A stretch of DNA of 51,441 nt from an uncultured bacterium (GCA_964293355.1 CAXZAJ010000001.1:1-51441); one strand, 5' to 3'. Shown: positions 8,441 through 18,068, counted from the first letter of the stretch. Translations and numbers: made by a program. The notes: generated by a model not told the origin, from the sequence alone.

Positions 8441-9720
8441 ACTACTTGAAGCTGAAAAACATTGGACCAGCTCCGGAATTTTACATTCCGCAGTTTGGTT
8501 CAAGGTTGAATTTGATCACCGGTGACAACGGTTTAGGTAAAAGCTTTCTGCTTGACAGTGCCTGGTGGGCTTTGACCAGAAAATGGCCAGCAGAAATCAA
8601 CCCGAGCCTAGTCGGCGGAAAAAAAGCGATACCCTATGGCAAAGGCACCGCATGTATCGAGTTTTCATTCACCGCAAAGACCGGGTCTGAAGTATATACA
8701 AGTTCTTTTGACAGGGAATCACAAGCCTGGACTGGCCGTTCCGGCCGGCCAGCTAATCCGGGGCTCATTCTGTATGCCATGGCTGATGGTAGTTTTGCCT
8801 TGTGGGATCCGGCTCGCAACTATTGGAAAAAGAAAGGTAGTATCGATGTACAGGACAGACCACCTGCCTACGTTTTTACTCCGGACCAAGTTTGGAACGG
8901 CTTAGGCGGTGAAAAAGGTACAATGGTCTGCAATGGTTTGATTCAGGATTGGGCCGGCTGGCAAAAAGAGAATGGCCGCGCCTTCAAGACTTTATGTGCG
9001 GTCCTTACAACGCTCTCTGCCAATGAAAGTGAACGCTTGATTCCTGGTGAACTGACCAGAATCAGCTTGGATGATGTTCGGGATATGCCAACCTTGAGCT
9101 TGTCGTATGGTCAATCAGTTCCGGTTGTACATGCATCTGCTGGTATGCGCAGGATCATCGCTCTGGCCTACTTTATGGTTTGGGCTTGGGAGGAACACCA
9201 AAAAGCAGTCCAAATTCTGGGGACAGCTCCGATTGAGCAGATGGTCTTTCTCATTGATGAAATTGAGTCTCATCTCCACCCCAGTTGGCAAAAACGCGTC
9301 ATACCATCGCTGGTACGTGTGGTCCGCGATCTTTCAGCTACGATGAACTCCCAATTATTGCTCGTAACCCACTCCCCGTTGATCATGGCATCGGTGGAAC
9401 CGTTGTTTGACCCTACACAAGATGCATGGTTTGATATTGATCTGATTGACTCTCACGTAACCTTACAAACAAAATCATTCACCAAGCACGGAGATATCTT
9501 GAATTGGCTGACTAGTGAAGCCTTTGATCAGTTCAGTGGAAGGGCTCCGGAATATGAACAACTCGTGGATGAAGCCAGTAAACTACTGGATGCGAATCAA
9601 AATTTAGATATCTCGGCAATCAGAGAAATTCATGGACGACTCGCCAAGGCATTAAGTCCGTTGGATGTCTTCATTATCAGATGGCGTGCAGCGTGTGAAA
9701 AGAAAGGAATATTTCTTTGA
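8434..9720 (+). CDS. AAA_21/ABC-type ATPase, Septu PtuA-like (428 aa)
   Basis: Walker A GDNGLGKS, Walker B/D-loop FLIDEIESHLHP, H-loop LVTHSP. It is paired by a 4-nt overlap with a TIGR02646-like HNH protein. Confidence 0.7.
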   Translation: MLNYLKLKNIGPAPEFYIPQFGSRLNLITGDNGLGKSFLLDSAWWALTRKWPAEINPSLVGGKKAIPYGKGTACIEFSFTAKTGSEVYTSSFDRESQAWTGRSGRPANPGLILYAMADGSFALWDPARNYWKKKGSIDVQDRPPAYVFTPDQVWNGLGGEKGTMVCNGLIQDWAGWQKENGRAFKTLCAVLTTLSANESERLIPGELTRISLDDVRDMPTLSLSYGQSVPVVHASAGMRRIIALAYFMVWAWEEHQKAVQILGTAPIEQMVFLIDEIESHLHPSWQKRVIPSLVRVVRDLSATMNSQLLLVTHSPLIMASVEPLFDPTQDAWFDIDLIDSHVTLQTKSFTKHGDILNWLTSEAFDQFSGRAPEYEQLVDEASKLLDANQNLDISAIREIHGRLAKALSPLDVFIIRWRAACEKKGIFL

Positions 9721-10319
9721 TACCAGTGCAGCCGCAATCAGAGCCACCGGACTTTAACCAAAAAGTGCGTATTCCTGGTCAATCCTGGCTAAGAAACAAG
9801 GGAATTGCCCCTGGTGCACCTCCACTCAAAGCTGGAACTCTACCCGCTTACTGGTCAAAATCGCAAAAGAATCTTTGGGATGCGTACCATGGCGTTTGCT
9901 CCTACCTTTCAATGTATTTTTACTGGGAAACCGGCGCCAGCTTCACTGATCATTTCGTTCCAAAATCAAAAAATGCCTGGAAAGCTTATGAGTGGGATAA
10001 TTATCGACTTTCAGCTCTTGGTCCGAATCGTCGAAAAGGAATAAAAACTAATATCCTCGACCCGTTCGCGCTGCAGCCGGGTACATTCACAATCAATTTT
10101 GTTAGTGGTACTGTTTCTATAGCGCAGCAAGTCTCGGTCAGCATTCGTACGTTAGCGCAAGATACGATCGATGAACTTGGTTTGAATGAACCTGAAACGT
10201 GCCGTACTCGTACTGAATGTTTTGATGGATTTCTTTCGCATAACCTAAGTTCAGATTACCTTTCGAGAAAATTTCCCTTTGTGCATGCGGAGCTGGTACG
10301 ACAAGGTTACGTATCATGA
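9717..10319 (+). CDS. TIGR02646/PtuB-like HNH-family protein (200 aa; TTG start at 9717 or GTG at 9726)
   Basis: The core GVCSYLS...FTDHFVPKS...YEWDNYRLSALGPNRRKG fits the His-Me finger layout (DHF His, downstream Asn, RKG) of the small nuclease partner of PtuA-type ATPases. It overlaps the ATPase stop, and its own stop overlaps the hsdR start. Confidence 0.55.
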   Translation: MIPVQPQSEPPDFNQKVRIPGQSWLRNKGIAPGAPPLKAGTLPAYWSKSQKNLWDAYHGVCSYLSMYFYWETGASFTDHFVPKSKNAWKAYEWDNYRLSALGPNRRKGIKTNILDPFALQPGTFTINFVSGTVSIAQQVSVSIRTLAQDTIDELGLNEPETCRTRTECFDGFLSHNLSSDYLSRKFPFVHAELVRQGYVS

Positions 10320-13300
10320 CAGAAGACCAGCTTGAAAAAATTACTATAGATTGGTTCCGCGCCCAAGGTTATGACTACGCCTACGGCCCCGACATAGGCC
10401 ATGACGGCGACAGTCCGGAACGGCCCGATTATGCCAGCGTCATTCTACCCAAGCGCCTGGCAAGTTCCCTGTCATCGCTCAACCCTGCAATTCCTGCATC
10501 CGTCATTGATGAAGTCGTTTCTCTCCTGCAGAAGCCAAAACATCTGACGTTGCTTGCCAATAACCGTCAGTTTCATGAATGGCTTCTGGATGGCGTTCCT
10601 GTTGAAGTTGAAAAGAATGGGCGCAAAATCGGAGACCGGGTCAAGCTGATCGATTTTGCCGCCCCCGATAAGAATCACTTTTTGGTAGTGAATCAATTTA
10701 CCGTTTTTGGTACCAAACAGCCCCGCAGGCCTGATATTGTGGTCTTCATCAATGGCATGCCCATTGCCGTCATCGAACTCAAAAACCCTGCTGACGAACA
10801 AGCAGACATCTGGTCAGCTTTTCATCAACTGCAAACCTATAAACAAGAGATATCCGACCTCTTCATCTTCAACGAAACCTTGGTCATTTCTGACGGCATC
10901 AATGCCAGGCTTGGCTCCCTTACAGCCGATCAGGAACGCTTCATGCGCTGGCGCACACTGAAGAACGAAAATGAAAAACCCTTATTGCAGTTCGAGCTGG
11001 AAACTTTAATAAAAGGATTCTTTGACAGAGAACTGCTCCTGGACTACCTACGCTACTTCATACTCTTTGAAAACATGGGGGATACCCCCGTCAAGAAGAT
11101 TGCTGGTTACCACCAGTTCCATGCGGTACGTGAAGCCGTCAGGGCAACGATTATCGCCTCCCACCATGATCCTGATGATGTGGCTGAACCGCCAAACGAC
11201 TGGGGTGAGAAAGTTACTCCCGGATGTAAAAAGGGAGGAGTGGTTTGGCACACCCAGGGATCCGGTAAGAGCATCTCAATGGCCTGCTTCGCCGGAAAGC
11301 TCCTGCAACAGCCGGAAATGAAAAACCCGACCCTGCTGATCGTTACCGATCGCAATGATCTGGATGGCCAGTTGTTCGAGACGTTTTGCATGGCGCACAT
11401 GCTCTTGAAGCAAACGCCTGTACAGGTTGAAAACGTTGATGAACTTCGCGATTTGCTGTCTGCCCGGCCCTCGGGAGGGATCTTCTTTACAACTATCCAG
11501 AAATTCCAGATCAAGGATGGTGAAGACCGGTTCCCCGTCTTGAATGACAGGCACAACCTGGTGGTTATTGCCGATGAAGCCCATCGCAGCCACTACGGCG
11601 ACAAGGCAACCCTTAACAAGAAGACCGGTGCGTATACCTACGGGTTCTCCAAGAACATGAGGGATGCCCTGCCCAATGCCACCTTCGTGGGCTTTACCGG
11701 TACACCAATCGCCCAGGAAGACAAGGACACGGTCGCGGTTTTTGGCGAGTACGTCAGTATCTATGATATTCAGGACGCCGTGCTCGACGGTGCCACTGTT
11801 CCCATCTACTACGAAAGCCGTTTAGCCAAGCTTGACCTGAATGAAGCGGAGATTCCGGTTATCGATGATGATATCGATGAGATCATTGAAGACGACGAGG
11901 ACACTCAGACAAGAGAGCAGACCAAGAGTAAATGGGCCGCGTTGGAGAAGCTCGTAGGTGCCCAACCTCGACTTGAGCAAGTAGCCAAAGACTTGATCGA
12001 TCATTTTGAAGCGCGCACTTCAGCTGTCGAAGGCAAGGCTATGATCGTATGCATGAGCCGTGAAATCTGCGCCAACCTCTATAGCGCGTTGGTTGTTCTT
12101 CGCCCGGAATGGCATTCTGCAGATCCTTTACAGGGAACAATTAAAGTCATAATGACTGGGTCTGCGTCAGACAGGGAAACGCTACAACCACATATTTACA
12201 ATGGACGCACCAAAAAGCAATTAGAAAAGCGCTTCAAGAATCCCGGTGATTCGCTTAAACTGGTCATCGTCAGGGATATGTGGCTCACTGGCTTTGATGC
12301 GCCATCCTGCCACACCATGTACATCGACAAACCCATGAAGGGTCACAATCTCATGCAGGCCATTGCCCGGGTAAACCGCGTATTCAAGGGCAAAGAAGGC
12401 GGCTTGGTAGTCGATTACATTGGTATTGCCAATGAGCTCCGCCATGCCCTCGTGACCTATACCCAGGCAAAGGGTAAAGGCTCCCCAACCCTCGACACCA
12501 ATGATGCCTATAACAAATTGCTTGAATTCCTGGATGTTGTCCGAGGCTTGTTCCACGGCTTCGACTATAGAAACTACAAAAAATCACCCATTCCTCTACT
12601 GGTTCCGGCCGCGAATCACATTCTTGGCTTGGATGATGGCAAAAAAAGGTTTTACGATGTGGTACTCGCTTTAAGCAAAGCCCACTCACTATGTTCCACT
12701 CTGGACGCTGTTAAAGCATACCAGGAAGAAATAGCATTTTTTCAGGCAGTCAAGTCAGTAATCGCCAAGGCTTCCGGCTCGGATCTAAAACTGACTGAAG
12801 ACCAGAAAAACAGCGCCCTCAAACAGATTCTTGATAATGCAGTAGTTGCCCAAGGAATTGACAATATCTTTGCCCTTGCCGGTCTTGAACGACCGGATAT
12901 TTCAATTCTCTCTGACGAGTTCTTGGCTGAAGTAGCGAATATGCCTGCACGCAATCTAGCCGTAGAGTTACTGCAAAAGCTGTTGCATGACGAAATAAAG
13001 TCTAAAACCCGCAACAATATAGTGCAGGAAAAAAAATATAGTGATCGCTTGCTTGATACCCTCAAAAAGTATCGCAATCGTTCTATAGAAAGCTCTCAAG
13101 TAATAGAAGCATTAATCGCCCTTGCAAAGGAATTCAGGGACACCGTTAACCGCGGAATTGATTTAGGTTTAAATTCCGATGAAGTTGCCTTTTATGATGC
13201 CCTTGCAGAAAACGAAAGTGCAGTCCGGGAATTGGGTGATGAAATCCTTAAAAAAATCGCACAGGAAATCACTGAAAAGCTTAGAAAAAGTACCAGCGTT

Positions 13301-13459
13301 GATTGGCAGAAACGTGAGAGCATCCGTGCAAAATTACGAAACCTTGTACGCATAACGCTTCGCAAGTACAAATACCCTCCGGATAAAACCGAAGAGGCTA
13401 TAGAACTTGTACTCAAACAAGCTGAAGTTCTATCAAATGAGTGGACTAAAGATCTATGA
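10316..13459 (+). CDS. hsdR: Type I restriction enzyme R subunit HsdR (1047 aa)
   Basis: Typical HsdR N-terminus (EDQLEKITIDWFRAQGY), helicase motif I HTQGSGKS, motif II VIADEAHRSH, and a long C-terminal helical domain. Confidence 0.93.
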   Translation: MTEDQLEKITIDWFRAQGYDYAYGPDIGHDGDSPERPDYASVILPKRLASSLSSLNPAIPASVIDEVVSLLQKPKHLTLLANNRQFHEWLLDGVPVEVEKNGRKIGDRVKLIDFAAPDKNHFLVVNQFTVFGTKQPRRPDIVVFINGMPIAVIELKNPADEQADIWSAFHQLQTYKQEISDLFIFNETLVISDGINARLGSLTADQERFMRWRTLKNENEKPLLQFELETLIKGFFDRELLLDYLRYFILFENMGDTPVKKIAGYHQFHAVREAVRATIIASHHDPDDVAEPPNDWGEKVTPGCKKGGVVWHTQGSGKSISMACFAGKLLQQPEMKNPTLLIVTDRNDLDGQLFETFCMAHMLLKQTPVQVENVDELRDLLSARPSGGIFFTTIQKFQIKDGEDRFPVLNDRHNLVVIADEAHRSHYGDKATLNKKTGAYTYGFSKNMRDALPNATFVGFTGTPIAQEDKDTVAVFGEYVSIYDIQDAVLDGATVPIYYESRLAKLDLNEAEIPVIDDDIDEIIEDDEDTQTREQTKSKWAALEKLVGAQPRLEQVAKDLIDHFEARTSAVEGKAMIVCMSREICANLYSALVVLRPEWHSADPLQGTIKVIMTGSASDRETLQPHIYNGRTKKQLEKRFKNPGDSLKLVIVRDMWLTGFDAPSCHTMYIDKPMKGHNLMQAIARVNRVFKGKEGGLVVDYIGIANELRHALVTYTQAKGKGSPTLDTNDAYNKLLEFLDVVRGLFHGFDYRNYKKSPIPLLVPAANHILGLDDGKKRFYDVVLALSKAHSLCSTLDAVKAYQEEIAFFQAVKSVIAKASGSDLKLTEDQKNSALKQILDNAVVAQGIDNIFALAGLERPDISILSDEFLAEVANMPARNLAVELLQKLLHDEIKSKTRNNIVQEKKYSDRLLDTLKKYRNRSIESSQVIEALIALAKEFRDTVNRGIDLGLNSDEVAFYDALAENESAVRELGDEILKKIAQEITEKLRKSTSVDWQKRESIRAKLRNLVRITLRKYKYPPDKTEEAIELVLKQAEVLSNEWTKDL

Positions 13460-13478
13460 ATACCTGCCAACGGCATAA

Positions 13479-14138
13479 ATGGAACCCATGACGCCCCAAA
13501 ACCCCATTCGCGCCCTCCTCGTCACCCCCACATCCCTCACCCTCGTCACCTACCTTCCCGGCAAGCCCGACGCCCCTGCTGACGACTCCGGCACCGTGCA
13601 ACTCCTCACCTGGTCAGAAGCCCCGGACGGCCGCGCCCTGCCGCGCTGCACTGAAACGATCTCCAGGAAGGCCATTGCCGAGCGAAACCCAGCCTTCAAC
13701 GAAGCTCTGTCCCCGTACCGGTTCGGGCTCCAGCAGTACGACCCGTTCCAGTCGTTGGCGGTCTCGCTTGACCGGGCCGCGGAACAGGGCGCGGGTCTGT
13801 CGCTGGCACTCTGGGCCGCGCTGGAGGCGGACCTGTTCCGCTTTGCCTTTGACCAAAGCTTTACCGCTGCGCTCGACGAGGCCCGCGGTACTGACGAGTG
13901 GCTCCGTTTTGCCCGGCTCAACGGCTTGTACCGGGCCTGCATTATGGCGCTGGCACCCCTGGGCATCGTGCCGCCGGCCTGGAACGCCTGGCTCCGTGAT
14001 GACGGCAAGGCCCGTTTTCCTCCGCGCGGCATGAGCAACGTGCTGGAACGGGCCCTGACGCGGCGCATCGGCACAATCTCAGGCGCGATCACAGGCTTTT
14101 TCTCGGGTTCCATCAAAGGCCAGTTCTCGGCTCCGTAA
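13479..14138 (+). CDS. hypothetical protein (219 aa), high-GC
   Basis: Strong G/C preference at third codon positions in this frame. The competing 350-aa antisense ORF also overlaps the next gene and looks like a shadow ORF. No family recognised. Confidence 0.5.
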   Translation: MEPMTPQNPIRALLVTPTSLTLVTYLPGKPDAPADDSGTVQLLTWSEAPDGRALPRCTETISRKAIAERNPAFNEALSPYRFGLQQYDPFQSLAVSLDRAAEQGAGLSLALWAALEADLFRFAFDQSFTAALDEARGTDEWLRFARLNGLYRACIMALAPLGIVPPAWNAWLRDDGKARFPPRGMSNVLERALTRRIGTISGAITGFFSGSIKGQFSAP

Positions 14139-14221
14139 AAGGGGGCTGGATACGGAGCATCCGAAAGCGGGTTGAATAGGAAGCGGTACACGCCGATACT
14201 CGATGTGAGGGACCCAACAGC

Positions 14222-14998
14222 ATGATCGCACAGATAGGACGCGCCGCGCGGCTCAAGGCCTCGGCACTGCTCTACGGACTCGGCTTCTTCTACACCGTCC
14301 TCAGGGAAACCGTCCGCTTCTTCCGCAAGAGCCAGGTAGGCTACAAGGTCCTCATCATGCAGATCCTGTTTACCGGCTATGAGGCCCTCGCGATCAACGC
14401 CATCATGGCCATTGCGATAGGCGCGGCCATCAACGTCATCGGCTCCAGCCTGCTGCCGCAGTTCGGGCAGAGCCAGCTGATGTACACCATCCTGATCATC
14501 GTGATTACGCGGGAACTCGGGCCCCTCCTCACAGCCTTCGTCATCACGGCACGCTCGGGTACCGCGATAGCCACGCAACTGGGTACCATGGTGGTCAACC
14601 ATGAAATCGAGGCGTACATGGCCGTGGGGCTCAATCCGGTGTCATACCTGGTGGTGCCGCGCTTCATCGGGGTAGTCGTGTCGATGCTCGTGCTCACCGT
14701 CTATTTCAACATCTTCGGGCTGCTCGGATCGTTCATCGTGGTGCAGATCGTCAAGCCAACGCCCATCATGGAATACCTCTCGGCCCTCATGTCCACGCTG
14801 ACCGTCAGCGACGTGCTGTCCGGCCTGCTCAAGGCCTTCGTGTTCGGCGTCATCGTATCGGTCGTGGCCACCTACCAGGGCTTCTCGGTCAACCGCGCCA
14901 GCACTGAAATTCCCGTGGCCGGCATCAAGGCCGTGGGGCTGAGCTTCATCCTCATCATCGTCGCCGATGTGCTCATAACGCTGGTGCAATATGCCTGA
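14222..14998 (+). CDS. mlaE: MlaE-family ABC transporter permease
   Basis: 258 aa and polytopic, with MlaE-like size and layout. First gene of a permease/ATPase/MCE triad joined by overlapping stops and starts. Confidence 0.75.
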   Translation: MIAQIGRAARLKASALLYGLGFFYTVLRETVRFFRKSQVGYKVLIMQILFTGYEALAINAIMAIAIGAAINVIGSSLLPQFGQSQLMYTILIIVITRELGPLLTAFVITARSGTAIATQLGTMVVNHEIEAYMAVGLNPVSYLVVPRFIGVVVSMLVLTVYFNIFGLLGSFIVVQIVKPTPIMEYLSALMSTLTVSDVLSGLLKAFVFGVIVSVVATYQGFSVNRASTEIPVAGIKAVGLSFILIIVADVLITLVQYA

Positions 14999-15812
14999 CA
15001 CGACTCGGGAAGCCCAGGCCATGGAGCTGCGTGGCGTAACCGCCTCGTCAGGCGGCTATGAGATCCTGTCGGGCACGAACGTATCGTTTCCGGAAGGCTT
15101 GTGCAGCGTGGTGATGGGCGCGGCAGGCTCGGGCAAGAGCACGCTGCTCAAGGTGGCCGCCGGCCTGGTGGTGCCGGACTCGGGTTCGGTTTCGTTCCGT
15201 GGCGCGGACATGGCCCGCTTCGGCCGCAAGGAAGAATTCGCGTTCAGGGCGACTACAGGCTTCGTATTCCAGGATGCGGCGCTCTGGTCGGACACCACCA
15301 TACTCGGCAACGTGGCGATGCCGCTCCGCGTGCACAGGCACCACCTGGGCGAAAAGGCCATAGCCGCGGCAGTGCGCCAGTTGCTGGACAAGCTCGGCTA
15401 TGACGAAAGCCTGACCATACGGCCGGCGGAGCTTTCGGCCGGCGAACAGAAGCTGGTGTCCATAGCGCGTGCCGTCATCCACGAGCCTTCTGTCATTTTC
15501 ATGGATGATCCAACCTCCAACCTGGACGAGGACGCCGCCGAGAAGGTCTTCAGCCTGCTCGATGAACTCAGGAAAAAGCGGCGCACCATCATCGTGGTGG
15601 CCAACAGTTCCGACCTGGCCTTCCGGTTTGCGGACAGGCTGGGCGTCATCAAGGCCGGAGTCATGGTGGCCTTTGGCACCTATGATGCCACCGTCAGCAG
15701 CGCGGAACTGGCCCTCAATACCTCTTTGGCACGTCTCAGGGCCAGAGGCAGCCGCATCAGGACGCCTTTGGACGATACCGGTGCCGAGAATTCGCAACGG
15801 GGAGATGTATGA
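14991..15812 (+). CDS. mlaF: MlaF-like ABC transporter ATP-binding protein (start 14991 or 15021)
   Basis: Walker A GAAGSGKST, signature LSAGEQKLVSIARA, Walker B IFMDDPTSNLD. Confidence 0.85.
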   Translation: MPDTTREAQAMELRGVTASSGGYEILSGTNVSFPEGLCSVVMGAAGSGKSTLLKVAAGLVVPDSGSVSFRGADMARFGRKEEFAFRATTGFVFQDAALWSDTTILGNVAMPLRVHRHHLGEKAIAAAVRQLLDKLGYDESLTIRPAELSAGEQKLVSIARAVIHEPSVIFMDDPTSNLDEDAAEKVFSLLDELRKKRRTIIVVANSSDLAFRFADRLGVIKAGVMVAFGTYDATVSSAELALNTSLARLRARGSRIRTPLDDTGAENSQRGDV

Positions 15813-16906
15813 AATTCAAGATCAAGTTTGCCGACCAGATCGTTGGTCTGTTCATCATCGTGGCGCTGGCCTTCTTCGTGGCCATCGTCGTTCTGATCGG
15901 AGCCAACCAGCGCTGGTTCGCCCAGGACTACGCCTTCGTTACCGCCTTTCCCTCGGCTACGGGCGTGGCACCGGGCACCTCCATCATGATGAAGGGCTTT
16001 ACGGTAGGCAAGATCGACAGGCTCACCCTGAACGCCAACAATTCCGTAGACGCGGAATTCCACATCTACGACACCTACTACGACAAGGTGCGGGAGTATT
16101 CCATTCTGGAGCTGACCGTCTCCCCGATCGGGCTGGGCTCGCAGCTGCTTTTCCACCCCGGCCGCAGCGAGACGCAGTTGGCTGAAGGCGTCTTCATCCC
16201 GACGGCTGATTCAATAGAAGGTCAGGCGCTCATAGAACAGGAGCTCGTGGATATTCCGCCCAAGGACGACACCATCACCCGCCTGCTGGCCAACGTCAAC
16301 CCGCTCCTGGAGAACACCAACAAGACCATCGTCACCATCAACAGGACGCTCACGGAGGTCAACCGCGCGCTGGCAGGCCAGAGCACAGGCCCCCTTGGCG
16401 ACATAGTCAATGACGCGAGCCGCGCGGCCGCCGCCCTGCCCGGCACCATGGAAAACGTGGACGGCATCGTGACGGACGTGCAGGACCGCGTGGCTGGCCT
16501 CCTGGACCAGGTCTCTGGCCTGCTCACCGAGCTGGACACCATCAGCGGCAACCTCGTGGAGACGACCGATTCAATCCGCGATCCAACCGGCATCGTCACG
16601 AAACTGCTTGTCCCCTCCGGCTCCATCAAGACCTTTCTGGACGACGACAACGCGCTTTACAAGCGCGTGATGAGCATCGTGGGCGAGGTGGACAAGAGCA
16701 TGAAGAGCCTCCAGGGCATCATTTCCGGCCTCAACAGCGAGATGCCCAAGGTAGCCGGCCTCCTCAACGAGACGCGCACCGCCATTCAGCAGGCGCAGGA
16801 CGTGCTCGAAGGCGTCAAGAACAACCCGCTGATCAGGGGCGGCGTCACCGAGCGCGTAGAGCAGGAATCGCTGTACCGGTCCATGCGCGAAGGAAGCTTT
16901 GAATGA
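15809..16906 (+). CDS. mlaD: MlaD/MCE-family substrate-binding protein
   Basis: N-terminal TM helix followed by an MCE-like core (GVAPGTSIMMKGFTVGKIDRLTL) and a long helical tail. ATGA overlap with the ATPase gene. Confidence 0.75.
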   Translation: MKFKIKFADQIVGLFIIVALAFFVAIVVLIGANQRWFAQDYAFVTAFPSATGVAPGTSIMMKGFTVGKIDRLTLNANNSVDAEFHIYDTYYDKVREYSILELTVSPIGLGSQLLFHPGRSETQLAEGVFIPTADSIEGQALIEQELVDIPPKDDTITRLLANVNPLLENTNKTIVTINRTLTEVNRALAGQSTGPLGDIVNDASRAAAALPGTMENVDGIVTDVQDRVAGLLDQVSGLLTELDTISGNLVETTDSIRDPTGIVTKLLVPSGSIKTFLDDDNALYKRVMSIVGEVDKSMKSLQGIISGLNSEMPKVAGLLNETRTAIQQAQDVLEGVKNNPLIRGGVTERVEQESLYRSMREGSFE

Positions 16907-17895
16907 ACAGGATGAACACCTCCCGCGCGGCTGTCCGTGCCGCCCTTCTCGCCGCTGTCTTGATGGCAGGCGGTCTGACAACCTCCTGCTCCAGCACCCC
17001 CAGGAAAGCCGCCGCCGTCGTGACGGCCAAGAATGACGCTGCTGAATTTTCCAGACTCGGCGACGGTTTTCTGGCGTCGGGGCAGTATGCCTCGGCGCTG
17101 CAGTACTATGGCGAAGCGCTGGATTCCAACCTGTCCGTAGACAATGTGGAAGGCGCCATAGCCTCCCGCGGTTCAATCGGCCGCGTGTATCTGGCCATGA
17201 CCAGCTTCGACGACGCCCGCCGCGAGTTCACTGACGCGCTCGAGGACGCGCGCGCCTTGGGCAAGCCTTCTCTCGTGGCGCTGTGCCTTTCCAATGCCGG
17301 CGAGCTGACCTACGCCGAGGGCGTCTCGCAGGGCTCCGCAGCCAGCGCGGCAACTACGACAGCCGCGGCGGCCGCGGCGGATCTGCTGTTCGCCGAGGCT
17401 GAACCGCTGGCGGCCGGCGACGAGGCCGTGGCAGCCGTCGTGGCGCACAACCGCGGCATCGCCGCCATGGCCCGCGGCGAACTGGACGCCGCCGAGGCTT
17501 ACATCCTGAAATCCGCCGCCGCCAATGAAAAGGCGCGCCGCTGGGTGGAACTCGGCTCCAACCGCTACGCCCTCGCCTCCATAGCCAATGCCCGCGGCAA
17601 CCTGCCCGCCGCCCTGGACTGGGCCCGCAAGGCTCTCGAATCCGACAAGGCGGCCGAAAACTCCCCCGGCATCGGCGCCGACCTCGAGGCGCTGGCCCGG
17701 CTCAGCCGCAAGTCAGGCGACGAGCTCGCGGCCTTTGACCTGTATCGCCGCTCGTTCGGCGTCTGGCTGTCCCTGAACCGCGCAGCAGACGCCGAGCGCT
17801 GCCTCGTGTCCCTCAACGAACTGGCGCTCAAGCTGGGCAAGGAAGGCTACGCCCAACGCTACGCGGAACTGCTTGAGCGGATCCGGGACCGATAG
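16903..17895 (+). CDS. TPR-repeat lipoprotein
   Basis: Signal peptide with a lipobox-like LTTSC. Ala-rich TPR-like repeats (YASALQYYGEALD ..., ALDWARKALE...). ATGA overlap with the MCE gene. Confidence 0.6.
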   Translation: MNRMNTSRAAVRAALLAAVLMAGGLTTSCSSTPRKAAAVVTAKNDAAEFSRLGDGFLASGQYASALQYYGEALDSNLSVDNVEGAIASRGSIGRVYLAMTSFDDARREFTDALEDARALGKPSLVALCLSNAGELTYAEGVSQGSAASAATTTAAAAAADLLFAEAEPLAAGDEAVAAVVAHNRGIAAMARGELDAAEAYILKSAAANEKARRWVELGSNRYALASIANARGNLPAALDWARKALESDKAAENSPGIGADLEALARLSRKSGDELAAFDLYRRSFGVWLSLNRAADAERCLVSLNELALKLGKEGYAQRYAELLERIRDR

Positions 17896-18068
17896 ATAAC
17901 CCTCTTCCGGGGAAGGCCGGGATCGCCGGCGCCTCCTGGCGACGGAAGCCCGGCCTTGGGGGCGCGTCTGACCCAAGCCACCAGATTCCTGAAACTGGCG
18001 CCCCCTGCCTGACTCCAAGGCCTGACTTTGCGCGTCTGAGCGAGTATACTTGTCTGTGGAGGCCTGCA

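Noticed and set aside
8434-10319. A retron (reverse transcriptase plus msr/msd ncRNA) associated with the PtuA/PtuB-like pair, as in retron Ec78-type systems.
   Set aside because: No ORF with RT motifs (YxDD) is present anywhere in 1-13459. The flanking spacers are too short (0-35 nt) to hold an msr/msd locus.
13550-14602. A 350-aa minus-strand ORF. Similar long antisense ORFs occur in the high-GC part, for example 24109-24981, 27882-28631, 30098-30877, 31122-32033, 32039-33556, 36630-37448 and 46448-47338.
   Set aside because: They lie opposite genes with clear family motifs (MlaE, MCPs, CheA, AlkZ-like). They have Arg/Ala/Ser/Pro-rich, low-information translations and cross gene boundaries. 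These are typical shadow ORFs of high-GC DNA.
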